58,887 nucleotides of DNA from Craspedostauros australis. Its lineage: Eukaryota. The DNA lies in NCBI GenBank assembly GCA_030167865.1, contig JALAGF010004180.1, positions 1-58,887 of the forward strand, in the 5' to 3' direction. The notes under the pieces were generated by a model. That model was not told the DNA's origin and did not search any database. It saw only the letters and a list, made by a program, of their open reading frames with translations. How positions within the stretch are numbered: the first letter of the stretch is position 1; each line of letters opens with the position of its first letter. A program made the translations under genes and the position numbers. Shown here one piece after another: positions 13,801 through 24,397 of the stretch.

Positions 13801-15395
13801 CGCAGATGTGAATTCGCCGCAATTTGCCGCAATGCAATGGGTCCGAGAGCCATTCAACGGGAGCATTCGCAGTGATGCACGATTTTTGGAACGGTATGCC
13901 CTCGCCGTGCTGTACTACAGCTCGCAAGGGGAAGATTGGGTGACGGAGCAGAACTGGCTGACAGGCGCTTCGGAATGCAATTGGTTTGGTGTCGCCGGGT
14001 GCGACGATGATGGCAGGGTCCAACAGCTCAACCTGTCTGAAAATCGACTGCGTGGTACCATCCCTGAAGAACTTGTTCTGCTGGAGAATCTCCGTAAGTC
14101 ATTCTATCGCGAGGTATTCCAAAAGAAGAAAAGCGAGCAATCTGTGGCCCCATGGCCCCGATCCGCTTGGATCTTACTTGTATTGCCATGGTTTGCTTCT
14201 GATCTTGACATTCATGCCTTGTTCTAACTGTGTGTCACACGAGCACGTGATCTACGAACTGCATTCTAACCCAAATACTGTTTTTGCTGTTGCACGTTTG
14301 TACTCGTCCATGTGCATGTACGCATGTGTGCGCCTACAATCAATGGTCATGATCTACTCTGCTTTACATACTCTACTCTGCATCATGCCACGCTTCCACA
14401 TCTTGCAGAGGTTCTTGATCTCTCCAAGAACGAAATCGATGGGTCGATTCCGACTTGGCTTGGCACAATATCGCCGCTTGGTAAGTCTGAACGTGGATTT
14501 GAACAGGATGTGTCCAATAATCCTGCGCATGTACATTTCCGATGCTGCGCGCACTCGTATGGCTATCTGTCGATTGATGGCTTCGCCGCCTCGCTTGCTT
14601 TCCCTTTGTCCGATGTTAATAATGCTCACACTTGCCCTTTCGCTATCAACCAATACTGGAACCTACTCGCCAAACGCAGAACAATTGGAGTTGCAAGAGA
14701 ATCTGATCTCGAGTAACATCCCCTCGTATCTGGGCAGCTTGGTGAATCTCAACTTTCTTGATCTGGCTTCGAATTCTTTCGTCGGTGGTCTACCAACAGA
14801 GATTGGACGACTGAGTCAAATGAGTAAGTTGATTCGCGACAGAACGTCCGGGGTGACAGGAAGAGGATAAGCATGCGCGCACGCACAAGGTTGCATGTAC
14901 TATGAGCTGTTTCGGTTGCTGTGACTATCGTACCATACACTGGCTTATGGTGCTTCGAATGACTCACACCCATCCTACATCTATCTTACGCATATCTCCA
15001 TTATTTCTTACAATCGCAACGTATTGCACCATGTTGTGTGTTGGATTTGGATGTTGCATGTTGGGTGGTGCCACTTCATGTTGCGCTCAATCAATCATCA
15101 ATGAACTCCTCTGCAACACGAATAACGCCCACGCCCACGACGGCTGCTCTTTCGATGAACAGGCATCCTTTCCCTGTACAATAATGCGCTCACGGGCACA
15201 GTTCCATTCACATACGAAGACCTCAACGGGCTCCGGCAACTGTACATCGACGGCACCGATCTGGTCGGTCCGCTGCCTTTGGGACTTTGCGAGCTGCCGT
15301 TGAATCGATTCTACTCTGATTGCGGCGAGGTGGGATGCACCTGCTGCTCTCACTGCTGCGTTAACGGAGAGAATTGCGTTCCGACCGAAGCGTAG
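7886..15395 (+). CDS. Giant Ser/acidic single-TM LRR receptor-like protein with an internal Costars domain (exons 7886..14093, 14409..14480, 14680..14823, 15163..15395)
   Basis: First ATG at 7886 in ORF 7802..14227. TM CCAICVIVAILLLLAGAATFVVGILLF at ~13432-13513, then cap ERYALAVLYYSSQGEDW..WL..ECNWFGV. Three GTAAGT..CAG phase-1 introns join LRR exons in frame. The last exon (absent from the ORF track) reads SILSLYNNALTGTVP...DCGEVGCTCCSHCCVNGENCVPTEA*. Confidence 0.88.
9905..10120 (+). other. Costars/ABRACL-like domain within LRR protein 2
   Basis: EEELDQLIADIRRIG..KSAKFGAMFDD..VEQYYEALVGTLIMAKKRKLITFKGQMLLKGPHDDVVITI matches the Costars signature as I recall it (KFGxLF...EALVGTLxxAKxRKxxxxxGExLLxGxHDDVxI). 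Confidence 0.85.
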
Positions 15396-16714
15396 ATTCG
15401 TTGGACAGCATGCAAGATGAGAACAGTGGAGCACCGACAACAGCCGGAGGTGGACCTCCGTGGAGAATGTGAAATCGACGTCGACCAGAGTATAGTAGAG
15501 AGCTCTGTTCTCCAAAGCATAATGCGAGCTACTCCATTGGAATGAATGACACAGAACTCGCGGCGTGCCAGTACTGTGCAAGGTCATGGCAGATGCAAAT
15601 GCAAACGCAAAGTTGAACACAACAGAATCGACATCAGCAGAGCGAACAATAGGACAGACAGCATTGTGAAAAGGGTATTATTCTATTCCACAAGACTGAA
15701 AAGCAACATGTATCGTCCGTGGATAGCGAATACTCTCTGCCCAATCTTTCAAACTCGTAGAAAGGCGTCCTTGGGACAATAGGACGAGGTCTCATCTAAT
15801 ATCTTGCGATTGGAATGGGGCTTTACAGGTTCACAATACTTTGCACAGTTTGGCAAGCAAAAGATCGCAGCAGACTGTTTCCACTTCTTCATTGGTCAAC
15901 AAAAGACAAGATTCCATCTGCTCCCCAAACATGTCTCGCGAGACAAAGTAACGTTTTTGTTATTTTCCATGGTCTTCCATATGAACAGCGGGAGAATGCG
16001 CAACGTTAAATAACGGTCAAAGGAATCTTTTTGGATCCATCGTTTCTCCCTCCTTTGGTGGTTTGTGCCTTTTCGGAAGCGAAGGCTTGTTCGCCATGTT
16101 CCGCGAGACGGCAAAATCGCGCGCAACACACAACCAACTCCACAAGGACTTGAACGGAGAGGGCAGAGAACTCCACGATCAACGCCGTGTCGTGCCATAC
16201 CCGTTGCTCGCACTCCACTCCAGCCGCGCAAATCCAGTGCAGATCACAAAGAGCGTCGAAAGGCACATTTAATGGTCGAGCGCCCCTATTTGCATTTCAG
16301 AGGTGCGTGGCCGACAAGAGTTTGGGCAAGAGCGGGTCGCTGCGAGTTCGGATCCAAACGCCGCAATCACCAACGATCCTGCTAGTGCGTTCGATGGTGG
16401 ATGGAGATGGTGTCGTTCCCATACCCTTGCAAATCACCCGCTCTGCCTTTGTGTGTTGCTGTCGTTCGGCTTTGTGGCAGTCTGCTGTTCCGACGACATA
16501 CGGCTACGAGCCGCATGCACAACAAGAGCGGAATGTATTGATCCTTCGACAACACTTCGGATAACTCCCAGCTCAACTCATCTTGACACAACCCAATTCA
16601 ACTCAATTCAACTCACAAAGCAGCAACTCACAGTCAAATTGCAGCATTTCTCCATTACTGTTCCCAACTCAACTCTATACGAACACCTGCCACTGCCGAC
16701 TGCCATCTCGCACG

Positions 16715-19366
16715 ATGCGTTTGCAACTCCGCGGCTGCGTTCCCCTCCTCGCCCTTGCAACCTCCCTCCAACTCGTCCCCGCGACTGCTGGTGCCGTTGC
16801 TGTGGTTGGGGACGTCGGTGCTGTGCAGATCGAAGCGGAAGCAGCCAAGCAAGCACAGAACAGCGAGACCTGCCTCAACGGTGACACCAGCGGCACTTGC
16901 AACAGCAGCAACATCGACGTCGCCTCCGCATCGATCGAAGATCACAGCAGCAGCAGTAGCAATAGCAACAATCAGAACACCGGCCGCAAGATGGGGGGAG
17001 GAGGACGTCTGTTCTACACCATCCTTGGGTTTTCCATAGGATCAGGTCTCACGTACCTCATGTTTCTCCTTCAAGAGGCCAAGCGCAAGCGTGACAAGAT
17101 CGAGTATGAGGAATACTTCGGAACAGCGAGCGTCAGAGCGAAGCTCGCCGAGAAACTCGGGGGGTCGGAGGATCTCATCTCGGGCATCATGCAGCGTCTG
17201 TGGACCGTTGGTTGGAATCCAGCCCTCAGCAGCATGATCGAGGAAATGATGGGGCCCATGCTGAAGGAGTCCTTCCCCACAGGCCCCCTGTCGGGCATGG
17301 AGGTCACCAAGCTGGATTTTGGTCCTGCGCCGATGCAGCTCGACAACATCGTCGTCCACGATGTCTCGACGACGGACGATGATGCTGGCAACGCATCATG
17401 CCAATTCGACATGGACGTGCTTTGGGACGGCCTGTGCGACATCCAGATCCGCGTCCCCAAGATCAAGAGCAACCTCGGTGTGCGCAGCATCAAACTGTAC
17501 GGCCGTATGTCCGTGATCTTCAAGCCTCTCACGCAGGAGCTGCCATGCATCGCTGGCATCACCTACACCTTCATCAACTCGCCCCACATTTCCATCGACC
17601 TGACGGGGCTGGCCTCCATCGGTGAATTCAGCGCCCTCGACGGAACGGTCAAGCAGGCCCTCAAGGACGCGCTGGATGGCATGATCGTGCTGCCCCACCG
17701 CATGGCCTACAAGATGGATGAAACCTGCAACATCCTCAAAATGTACACCCCTCCCAAAGGAATTGTGCGACTCTTCATCGTGTCATCGCGCGGTTTCGTT
17801 GTCGAGAAGCGCACCTTGGCAAGGCCGGACATCCCCGACGTCTACTGCAACGTCAGCGTTGGCAACGCGAGGACTGTGCGCACCAAGACCGTACCCGACA
17901 ACCTCGCCCCCAGCTGGGAGAACGAGCCGATGGACTTCGTGTTGCACGACTACGACGAATTCCTCAATCTCAACGCGTGGGATGAAGACGGCGGGGCGTT
18001 GGATCCCGATGACGACCTCGGCAAGATCTCCAGCAGCGTCCGAATCCGTGACTTGTTGCTGGCACCGGACAGCACGATGGAGCTGGAGCTGTTCGATTCC
18101 TCCGATTACACCAAATCCATGGGAGCTTTCGTGACCGTGCAGTGCGCCATCCTTCCCCTCAGCCCCGTGGAGCCAGTCGAAACGTCGCTGCCCGCGACCG
18201 AAGACCCCAAAACTGGTCTCATCACCAAGCATCTCTATCCTGGCATGATCAATGTCCTCGTTTCTCAAGCCACTGGAATTTCCACCGCGTCGCAGAAGGC
18301 CGGTACCTTTGTGGATATGAAGTTGAGCACCGGCGAGTCCGTCGTCTCGTCTACCTTGCTGGAGAAGGATCCCGTGTACGACGGTGTCTTCGAAGTCCCG
18401 TTGTCGCCAAAGATGGTCAAGGCGAAGCCATCGGTCACTTTGACGCTCTATCAAGTCTCCAAGAATGCCACCAAGGTCACGGAAAATCTCGTGCTGGGAT
18501 CCACCACCATCACGTGGGACGAGCTGCAGGTGCACCCGGTCATTCAGCAGAAGCGCAAGATCAGCAAGAGCGGAATCTTCTTGGAATTCAACGTCACCCT
18601 TCGCGGCACCAGCGCCTCCGGTTTCAGCGAGCAAAACGTGGAGGTCGCCGATCCTGTCGATGGTGTGGCTGCGGTCATCTCCAACGTCGCTGCCGACGCA
18701 GCTGCCGGTGTTGGGGGGAAGCTCGTAGAGAGTGCTGCGTCTGTTCGCTTTAGCGAGCCAAAGGTGAAGCCAACGGGAGTGAAGGTGCTGGCGACATCGC
18801 CGAAACCGATCAAGCCAAAGCTTACGGCCGCGAATCCGCATTCATCGAGCATCTCCAGCCTGCCACCAAATCTCAAACCGACCAAGACCAACATCCCATC
18901 GGTCGGTGCTGGCGTATCAGCGGCACAGCTTGGAGTGACTGGGTCAAGCTCCAATATTGGAGGGCCCACCCGCAAGGTCCGCATCATTGCAGTGCGCGGC
19001 AGCGGTTTCGTCATCCGTCGCAAGGGACCGTTGAGGAAGAAGGACATCCCCGACGTCTACCTGAAGATCAAGGTGGGCACCGAGAAGAAATGGCAAACCA
19101 GCGTCATCAAGAACAGTATCAAACCAGAATGGAACGAATCGAAGATCTTCGATCTCAGCAATGTCAATGCCACATCGCTTCTCGTGGAGGCATGGGACAA
19201 GAACAAAGGCAAGCTGGACAAGGACGACTGCTACGGCCATGCCATGACGAGGGTCGGAAAGGTCTTGCTTTCTGGCGGAACCGCCAATCTGGAGCTCCTG
19301 GGTGGCAAATCGGAGACCGAAGCCACTGGTCTGTTCATCACCATCTTCTGCTCCTTGGAGAGATAA
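16715..19366 (+). CDS. Extended-synaptotagmin/tricalbin-like protein (signal peptide, TM, SMP, three C2 domains)
   Basis: ATG 16715 starts a hydrophobic leader. TM LFYTILGFSIGSGLTYLMFLL. SMP-like region (KLDFGPAPMQLDNI...GVRSIKLYGRMSVIFKPL...FINSPHI...MIVLPHR). C2 motifs DIPDVYC..KTVPDNLAPSW..WDED..DDDLG and DIPDVYL..TSVIKNSIKPEWNE..WDK..DDCYG. Confidence 0.85.
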   Translation: MRLQLRGCVPLLALATSLQLVPATAGAVAVVGDVGAVQIEAEAAKQAQNSETCLNGDTSGTCNSSNIDVASASIEDHSSSSSNSNNQNTGRKMGGGGRLFYTILGFSIGSGLTYLMFLLQEAKRKRDKIEYEEYFGTASVRAKLAEKLGGSEDLISGIMQRLWTVGWNPALSSMIEEMMGPMLKESFPTGPLSGMEVTKLDFGPAPMQLDNIVVHDVSTTDDDAGNASCQFDMDVLWDGLCDIQIRVPKIKSNLGVRSIKLYGRMSVIFKPLTQELPCIAGITYTFINSPHISIDLTGLASIGEFSALDGTVKQALKDALDGMIVLPHRMAYKMDETCNILKMYTPPKGIVRLFIVSSRGFVVEKRTLARPDIPDVYCNVSVGNARTVRTKTVPDNLAPSWENEPMDFVLHDYDEFLNLNAWDEDGGALDPDDDLGKISSSVRIRDLLLAPDSTMELELFDSSDYTKSMGAFVTVQCAILPLSPVEPVETSLPATEDPKTGLITKHLYPGMINVLVSQATGISTASQKAGTFVDMKLSTGESVVSSTLLEKDPVYDGVFEVPLSPKMVKAKPSVTLTLYQVSKNATKVTENLVLGSTTITWDELQVHPVIQQKRKISKSGIFLEFNVTLRGTSASGFSEQNVEVADPVDGVAAVISNVAADAAAGVGGKLVESAASVRFSEPKVKPTGVKVLATSPKPIKPKLTAANPHSSSISSLPPNLKPTKTNIPSVGAGVSAAQLGVTGSSSNIGGPTRKVRIIAVRGSGFVIRRKGPLRKKDIPDVYLKIKVGTEKKWQTSVIKNSIKPEWNESKIFDLSNVNATSLLVEAWDKNKGKLDKDDCYGHAMTRVGKVLLSGGTANLELLGGKSETEATGLFITIFCSLER

Positions 19367-19794
19367 TGATCATGGCAACACCTGCGACTGCAACGGCACA
19401 AGTGTTGCTGTTGCTGTTGTCGCGCTTCCCGTGCCTTTTCTTTGCCTTGGGGGGCGTTGGATTCTAGTTGGATGAAGTGATAGTACTCCAGCACGGTTTG
19501 ACCCATGTAGCGAGGCATCGCACGATGTTTGGGACGCGCAAGCTTGCTTGGATTCCTAAACACGACAGCAAGACAACCTGTAGGGAGAACAAGATACATA
19601 TTATATGACACAACTCTACTTATGCCGTCCTGTGCTGTATTACACAATGCTACGCTCTCCGTCAGCATGTCGGCTGCCCTGTCCAAAACCACTGTTCGTT
19701 CATGCGTTGATGTTGATTCGATCGGCGTAACCATGCGTGTTCGTGGTTTTGCACTGCTCCTTTCCTTTTCAATCTTGTGCTGCGTTCATGGCAA

Positions 19795-21435
19795 TCACCT
19801 GACGAGATACCCCATGATGGTCCTCTCTCCTTTGCGATTGGCAAATAGATGCAGGATGTGCAGATGCTTCGATCGACCTTCCAGCCTCTTGGCTTGCTGT
19901 TCGACTTGTCGGTCGTGGCTCTCTGTCGAGTGGCCGAGCACGCACTTCAACGTGAGCACGAAGAAGGTTTTGTTTGCCAGTATCCCGGCATCCTTGGCCG
20001 CCAAGAACCAATTGATCTGACCCTCCATCTCCTTGAGGCACATGTCGGAGACCCACACGTCGATCTGGACCTTTCGTCCTTGTAAAGCCGGTATGCTCTT
20101 TTCGATCGTCATTTCCATGTGCTCGACGGAATTCAGTTGCAGCACTGTCGGTGACAGCTTGCCAGGATCGATGGAATAGATCTGCACCCCTTCGTACATC
20201 TCCGACAGGTACTTGGTCCATCCACCAGGCGCGGCCCCGCAATCCAACGCTGCGAGACTCTTGGTGGGTTTGGGATGCGGGTACCGGTCCATGGCCTCCT
20301 GTAATTTGTAGTACGCCCGGCAGATATCATTGTCGTTACGATTGTCAATGCGATTGTCATTGCTATTGCTATCCCTTTTGTTTGTAGTTGCGTTTGTGGT
20401 GGAAACCTTGGCGGGCAGTGCGATGCATTCCGAAACACCGAGCATGTAGATAGGACCTTGGTCATCGGGGCCATCGGTATCATCCAGGCAGACGACGTTA
20501 GCCACATGAGACGCTTGCTTGGGCGTGATCTCTATCTGTGACGAGGTATTGGCGCCCGCCGCATCATGCTCCGCCATTTTGGTGGTGATTGATTCGATCA
20601 TCATCGTGCGCGTGCTCGGTGGGAATATGTTCAGACGAATCTTCGTGGGCTTTGGCAGCGCCGACTGTATCGCCTTCGTCGTTTGAAATATTTGCGCTGC
20701 CTTGTCTGCGATTTCCTCCGCATTGCGATGGCGGTGCATGCCATCCGCGACGACGTACGTTGCGCTGACGGCTGACGAAATGATGGGGTGCGTTTCCACC
20801 CATGTCACGAATGCCTGCTGGTCGTCGTCGCTTTTGCAATGGAAGTACAGCATGGACACGGTTTTGGATTTGGTCTTCAGCACGCCAACAACTGTGCCGT
20901 ACTGCTTTGCGTTGGATTCCAAATACGATGACAGCCGTTCTGAATGCGACCGGTATACTTGAATGAGAACGTTCGTTTGCTTGGCATGGTCGAATCGTTC
21001 TTGCCAGTCCTCCGCCAGCTTTCGTTTCCTCTTGCCTGGTGGCCGAATTGCATTGGCAGGTTTGATTTCTGCGAACAGCCGCGAGGGTGTTGACGCTGAC
21101 GTTAACGTTGGCGTTGTGGTGTCTGGCTCATCGTCAGGTGCAGCAGTTGCAGGAGCAAGTTTCGATTTCTCTGCCTTCAACGCCTCCTGAGCAGAAGCTG
21201 CATCATCGAAGGTGAGGAATGCGTACGGCTTGTCGGTACGATCTGGCACGAAGACCTCGGCGATGCTGCCATACTCCGCAAAATGTCGCAGCAGCCGATC
21301 GCGGATGTCCTCCTTGGGAATGGATTTATCGATTCCGTACAAGTAGATGCGGGTGGTGGTGGTGGCTGCAGTTGTGGATGTTTCTGCTGCTGCTGTTGTG
21401 CTCCTCGACATTTGCACAGGTTCCGCCGTGGCCAT
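19795..21435 (-). CDS. RRM + FtsJ/RlmM-like 2'-O-ribose RNA methyltransferase
   Basis: Likely ATG 21435 (MATAEPV). RRM with IYLYGI (RNP2) and PYAFLTF (RNP1). MTase motifs CRAYYKLQEA, ALDCGAAPGGWT, IDPGKL, WVSDM, VLTLK and ER are consistent with the K-D-K-E tetrad. Confidence 0.82.
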   Translation of the reverse strand: MATAEPVQMSRSTTAAAETSTTAATTTTRIYLYGIDKSIPKEDIRDRLLRHFAEYGSIAEVFVPDRTDKPYAFLTFDDAASAQEALKAEKSKLAPATAAPDDEPDTTTPTLTSASTPSRLFAEIKPANAIRPPGKRKRKLAEDWQERFDHAKQTNVLIQVYRSHSERLSSYLESNAKQYGTVVGVLKTKSKTVSMLYFHCKSDDDQQAFVTWVETHPIISSAVSATYVVADGMHRHRNAEEIADKAAQIFQTTKAIQSALPKPTKIRLNIFPPSTRTMMIESITTKMAEHDAAGANTSSQIEITPKQASHVANVVCLDDTDGPDDQGPIYMLGVSECIALPAKVSTTNATTNKRDSNSNDNRIDNRNDNDICRAYYKLQEAMDRYPHPKPTKSLAALDCGAAPGGWTKYLSEMYEGVQIYSIDPGKLSPTVLQLNSVEHMEMTIEKSIPALQGRKVQIDVWVSDMCLKEMEGQINWFLAAKDAGILANKTFFVLTLKCVLGHSTESHDRQVEQQAKRLEGRSKHLHILHLFANRKGERTIMGYLVR

Positions 21436-22522
21436 GGTTGATGCAATCGGTCGTTGCTGTTCCGACTGTCCCTTGCTCCTGTTCTCGATGTTGGTGGCAA
21501 CGTCCACGGATGTGTCGGCCCTTGCTTGGATGGTGCTTGAATGGTGCTTGAATGATGCTTGGGTGTGGATGGAGACCTCGCACTGGAATGCTCGTAGCGC
21601 CTCGTTGGTGACCGTTATGTTCGTGATGGCGGAGCGTTTGATTGGGCATGGGATGAGTGGCGGAGAGGCTGTCGCCGACGCAATGCGGGTGCTTCGGAAC
21701 AGGGAGCGGAGACTGTTCCGGCGAATAGGTGACACCCGGAATCGGAACAACTGATGATGGGTTGATGTGAGTTCTGCGTCATTGGCTGGTGGAGTTCGAG
21801 CCGTGTGGATTTTGACGGATCCGAAGGATTCTGTGCGCAAAAGGAACGAATCAACGCAAGGGACACGTTTTTGGCAGTTTGGTGCCAGCACAAAAAAAAC
21901 GCGCCAAATGATTGGCTCCTGTTGATGTGTCCATCCACCCATCTCCAAATCAGCCTCCTCCTTTCACCAACGAGAACGAGAACGACATCGAGGATGAGGA
22001 CAAGGACCCAAAAAGCATGATGGATGCATGGGCGAGGGAGGACCAACGAGAGATGTCGCCACCGAGACTGATTGTATCTGTCATGGATCCACAGGCTAGG
22101 ATAGTTCTTCGTCGAGTACTGCATCTGTGTAGCAGGAGGTTTGGTGTGTACATTTGCGTGTATGTCATCTATAGAGAGTTACTGTGCGTTTACATTTACA
22201 TTTGGTTGACTAGAACAGAGCACTCGATGTATCCCACTTGTTTCTGGCCATGGCCAATGTCACAATGAGGAGTCAAGGAGTATGGAGTGGGATACAGTCC
22301 TCAACATTCAAGCCTTCAAAACCTGTTTACTGCCGAACCCCAATTGCATTCAAGGGACTGGTTGCGTGTTGGTAGTTGCGCATTGCTGCATGGATACGAT
22401 TGATGCAACGCGTCATGTCCGGTCTTCAAATCTGTACCGTACTGGATGGGATGGCACGTACGTCTTTCTTATTCGAGTACGTACTGTTGCTGCTGTTCAT
22501 GATCCTGCTCGAATAACCGCCA

Positions 22523-24397
22523 TCATCTGCGTTCCTCGAGCATTCCCTTGACGGTCTCAACCCCGCACAAGCAAGCGGCGTTGGCAGGGAAGGCGCGCAT
22601 CAGCGATGCGGAGAGTCCGCGGTACAGTGCTGGCACACCCTCGTTGCGGACGAGTGTTTGGAAGACGTCGAGGAGGTTTCTGTAGGTTCCGATTGGCGCG
22701 GTCTGCCATCTTGTCTTGATTGTGTCGAGCGGAATGGCGAACAGCCAGTTGGCGATGCCCGCGAAGCCTCCTGCCATGAGGACTGAGGACGTGGATGCCT
22801 TCTCTGCGCCTTCCACCCTCATGAAGAACCTCTTCAGGTATTCGTAGCTGCCGAAGTAGATGGCGTTGCCTGGGACGTCTCGCAGGATGGCGCTGCCCGT
22901 GCCTCTGAAGATGCTTCGCATGCCACCCTCTTGGTAGACTTGTCTCGCGCAGTCAAGGAAGCCGCTGTACTGGTTCTTGTTGGTCTGCAGCAGGCACTTG
23001 ATGCGTTCGGTGGGGCCGATGATGAAGGCAAGGGCGACACCGGAGCAGCCTCCGGCGATGGAGACCTGTGAGATGGAGAGCTCTGATCCTGGTGCCTGGT
23101 TGGAGAGCCGCCGCAGATTGCAGGCCGCTCTGTCGTAGCTCCAGAAGTTGATGGCAAAGGCTGGGATGACGGCCACCAGCGGCGCGCTCACCCCTCTGTA
23201 CAATCCAGTGACACCTTCCTTCATCAGCACCCCTCGCAGCATGCCCAGGGTTGATTCTCCAGCAGAGGCTGTGGCCATGCTTCCCAGCGCCATGGATCCC
23301 TGCTTGCCGACGGCTTGGGATACTCTTGGCGCTGTCTGCTGTCTGACCTTCATCAAGTCAAGCGGATGTCCAACGCAGACGTTGCAGATGCCTGTCATGT
23401 TCATGTTGCGTCAAGCGAGCATCGTCACGGGTGGTGGTGGCGGTGGTGATATTCGTACGAGTGTGGTACGAGTGTTATGGGTATTGCCGTTACCGTTACC
23501 ATTATGGTTAGCGTTGCCATTGTGATTTCCATTGTCATTGGTGGTCAGTCCATGTCATACCATGCCAGGTTGTGCCATTTGATTTGATTTGATTTCGTTC
23601 CATTTCATTGCAGTACCATTGGGTTTCATTTTGTGTGATGAATGTGCGGTCATTGCGGATGAACCAAGTAAGAGTGCGAGTGCAAGAACGAGTACGTTGA
23701 TAGGGCGGAGCATCGCGTTTGCGGTTGCATTTTTGGGATTGTGGATAAATTTCGGTTGCCAATGATCGCGTGTATCGGGAAGCGCAAATTGAATCCAGAA
23801 GATCGCAGTCACAATGAGTCGGCAGTTGTTTGGAGTGAAGGTGGAAAGGAGCGGAGAGCGGGGTCAAGATTCGGTGAGCAAAATGAATTGGAGTTGGCTT
23901 TTGCACGGCGATGTCCTCAAGCGAGGATGAGGTTGGACGGATGGACGTGAGGCTCCTGCTGCCACCCCAGTCATGGCGCTCAACACGGCACCTCAAACAA
24001 TGCAGGACGAGGGCAAGGCGCAGCACCACAGGCCGGTGTGATTTATCGCACAGCGTTCGCGTTGTTGCTGGTTGCGCGCTATGCGCGATGCTACTGTTGC
24101 ACGTACCTCCAACGGCGCCTGGGGCCAATCCGACCAGTCCAGCGAGAAGTGAGACTGTGTGCGTCAGAGTTCATTTGAGTTGTATGCATGCGATGGTGAT
24201 GCCGATAATAATGGTATTAGTGTTTTCGTTTGATGTGAGCGACACAGGACAGTGGAGCACGAGAGATAGAAGGAAGGAGGAAGGGGATGGAAGAGAGGGT
24301 GTGATGGTGTGAGCTGACTGTGATTGCTGAAGTGCAAGGAAGAAGGGAAGTTTGCGCGCTACACACGAGCGCCGCTGAAGCACGTACAGTCGGTCAT
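22523..24397 (-). CDS. Mitochondrial carrier (SLC25), carnitine/acylcarnitine or basic amino-acid carrier-like (exons 24397..24388, 24154..24107, 23391..22523; 308 aa)
   Basis: Three PX[D/E]XX[K/R] signatures (PLDLMK, PTERIK, PLDTIK), plus GLYRG, RDVPG and RAFPANAA. Two GTACGT..CAG introns give N-terminus MTDFSLLAGLVGLAPGAVGGICNVCVGHP. The family call is strong; the 5' exons are inferred. Confidence 0.87.

Noticed and set aside
426-13866. Many antisense ORFs over the LRR genes (e.g. 426..794, 7960..8604, 12949..13866)
   Set aside because: Shadows of low-complexity Ser/Asp codons with no independent motifs.
21436-21948. N-terminal extension of the methyltransferase ORF (similarly 31091-31444, 45405-45926, 52922-53365, 16583-16714)
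   Set aside because: Reads like UTR sequence upstream of better ATGs; not excluded without transcript data.
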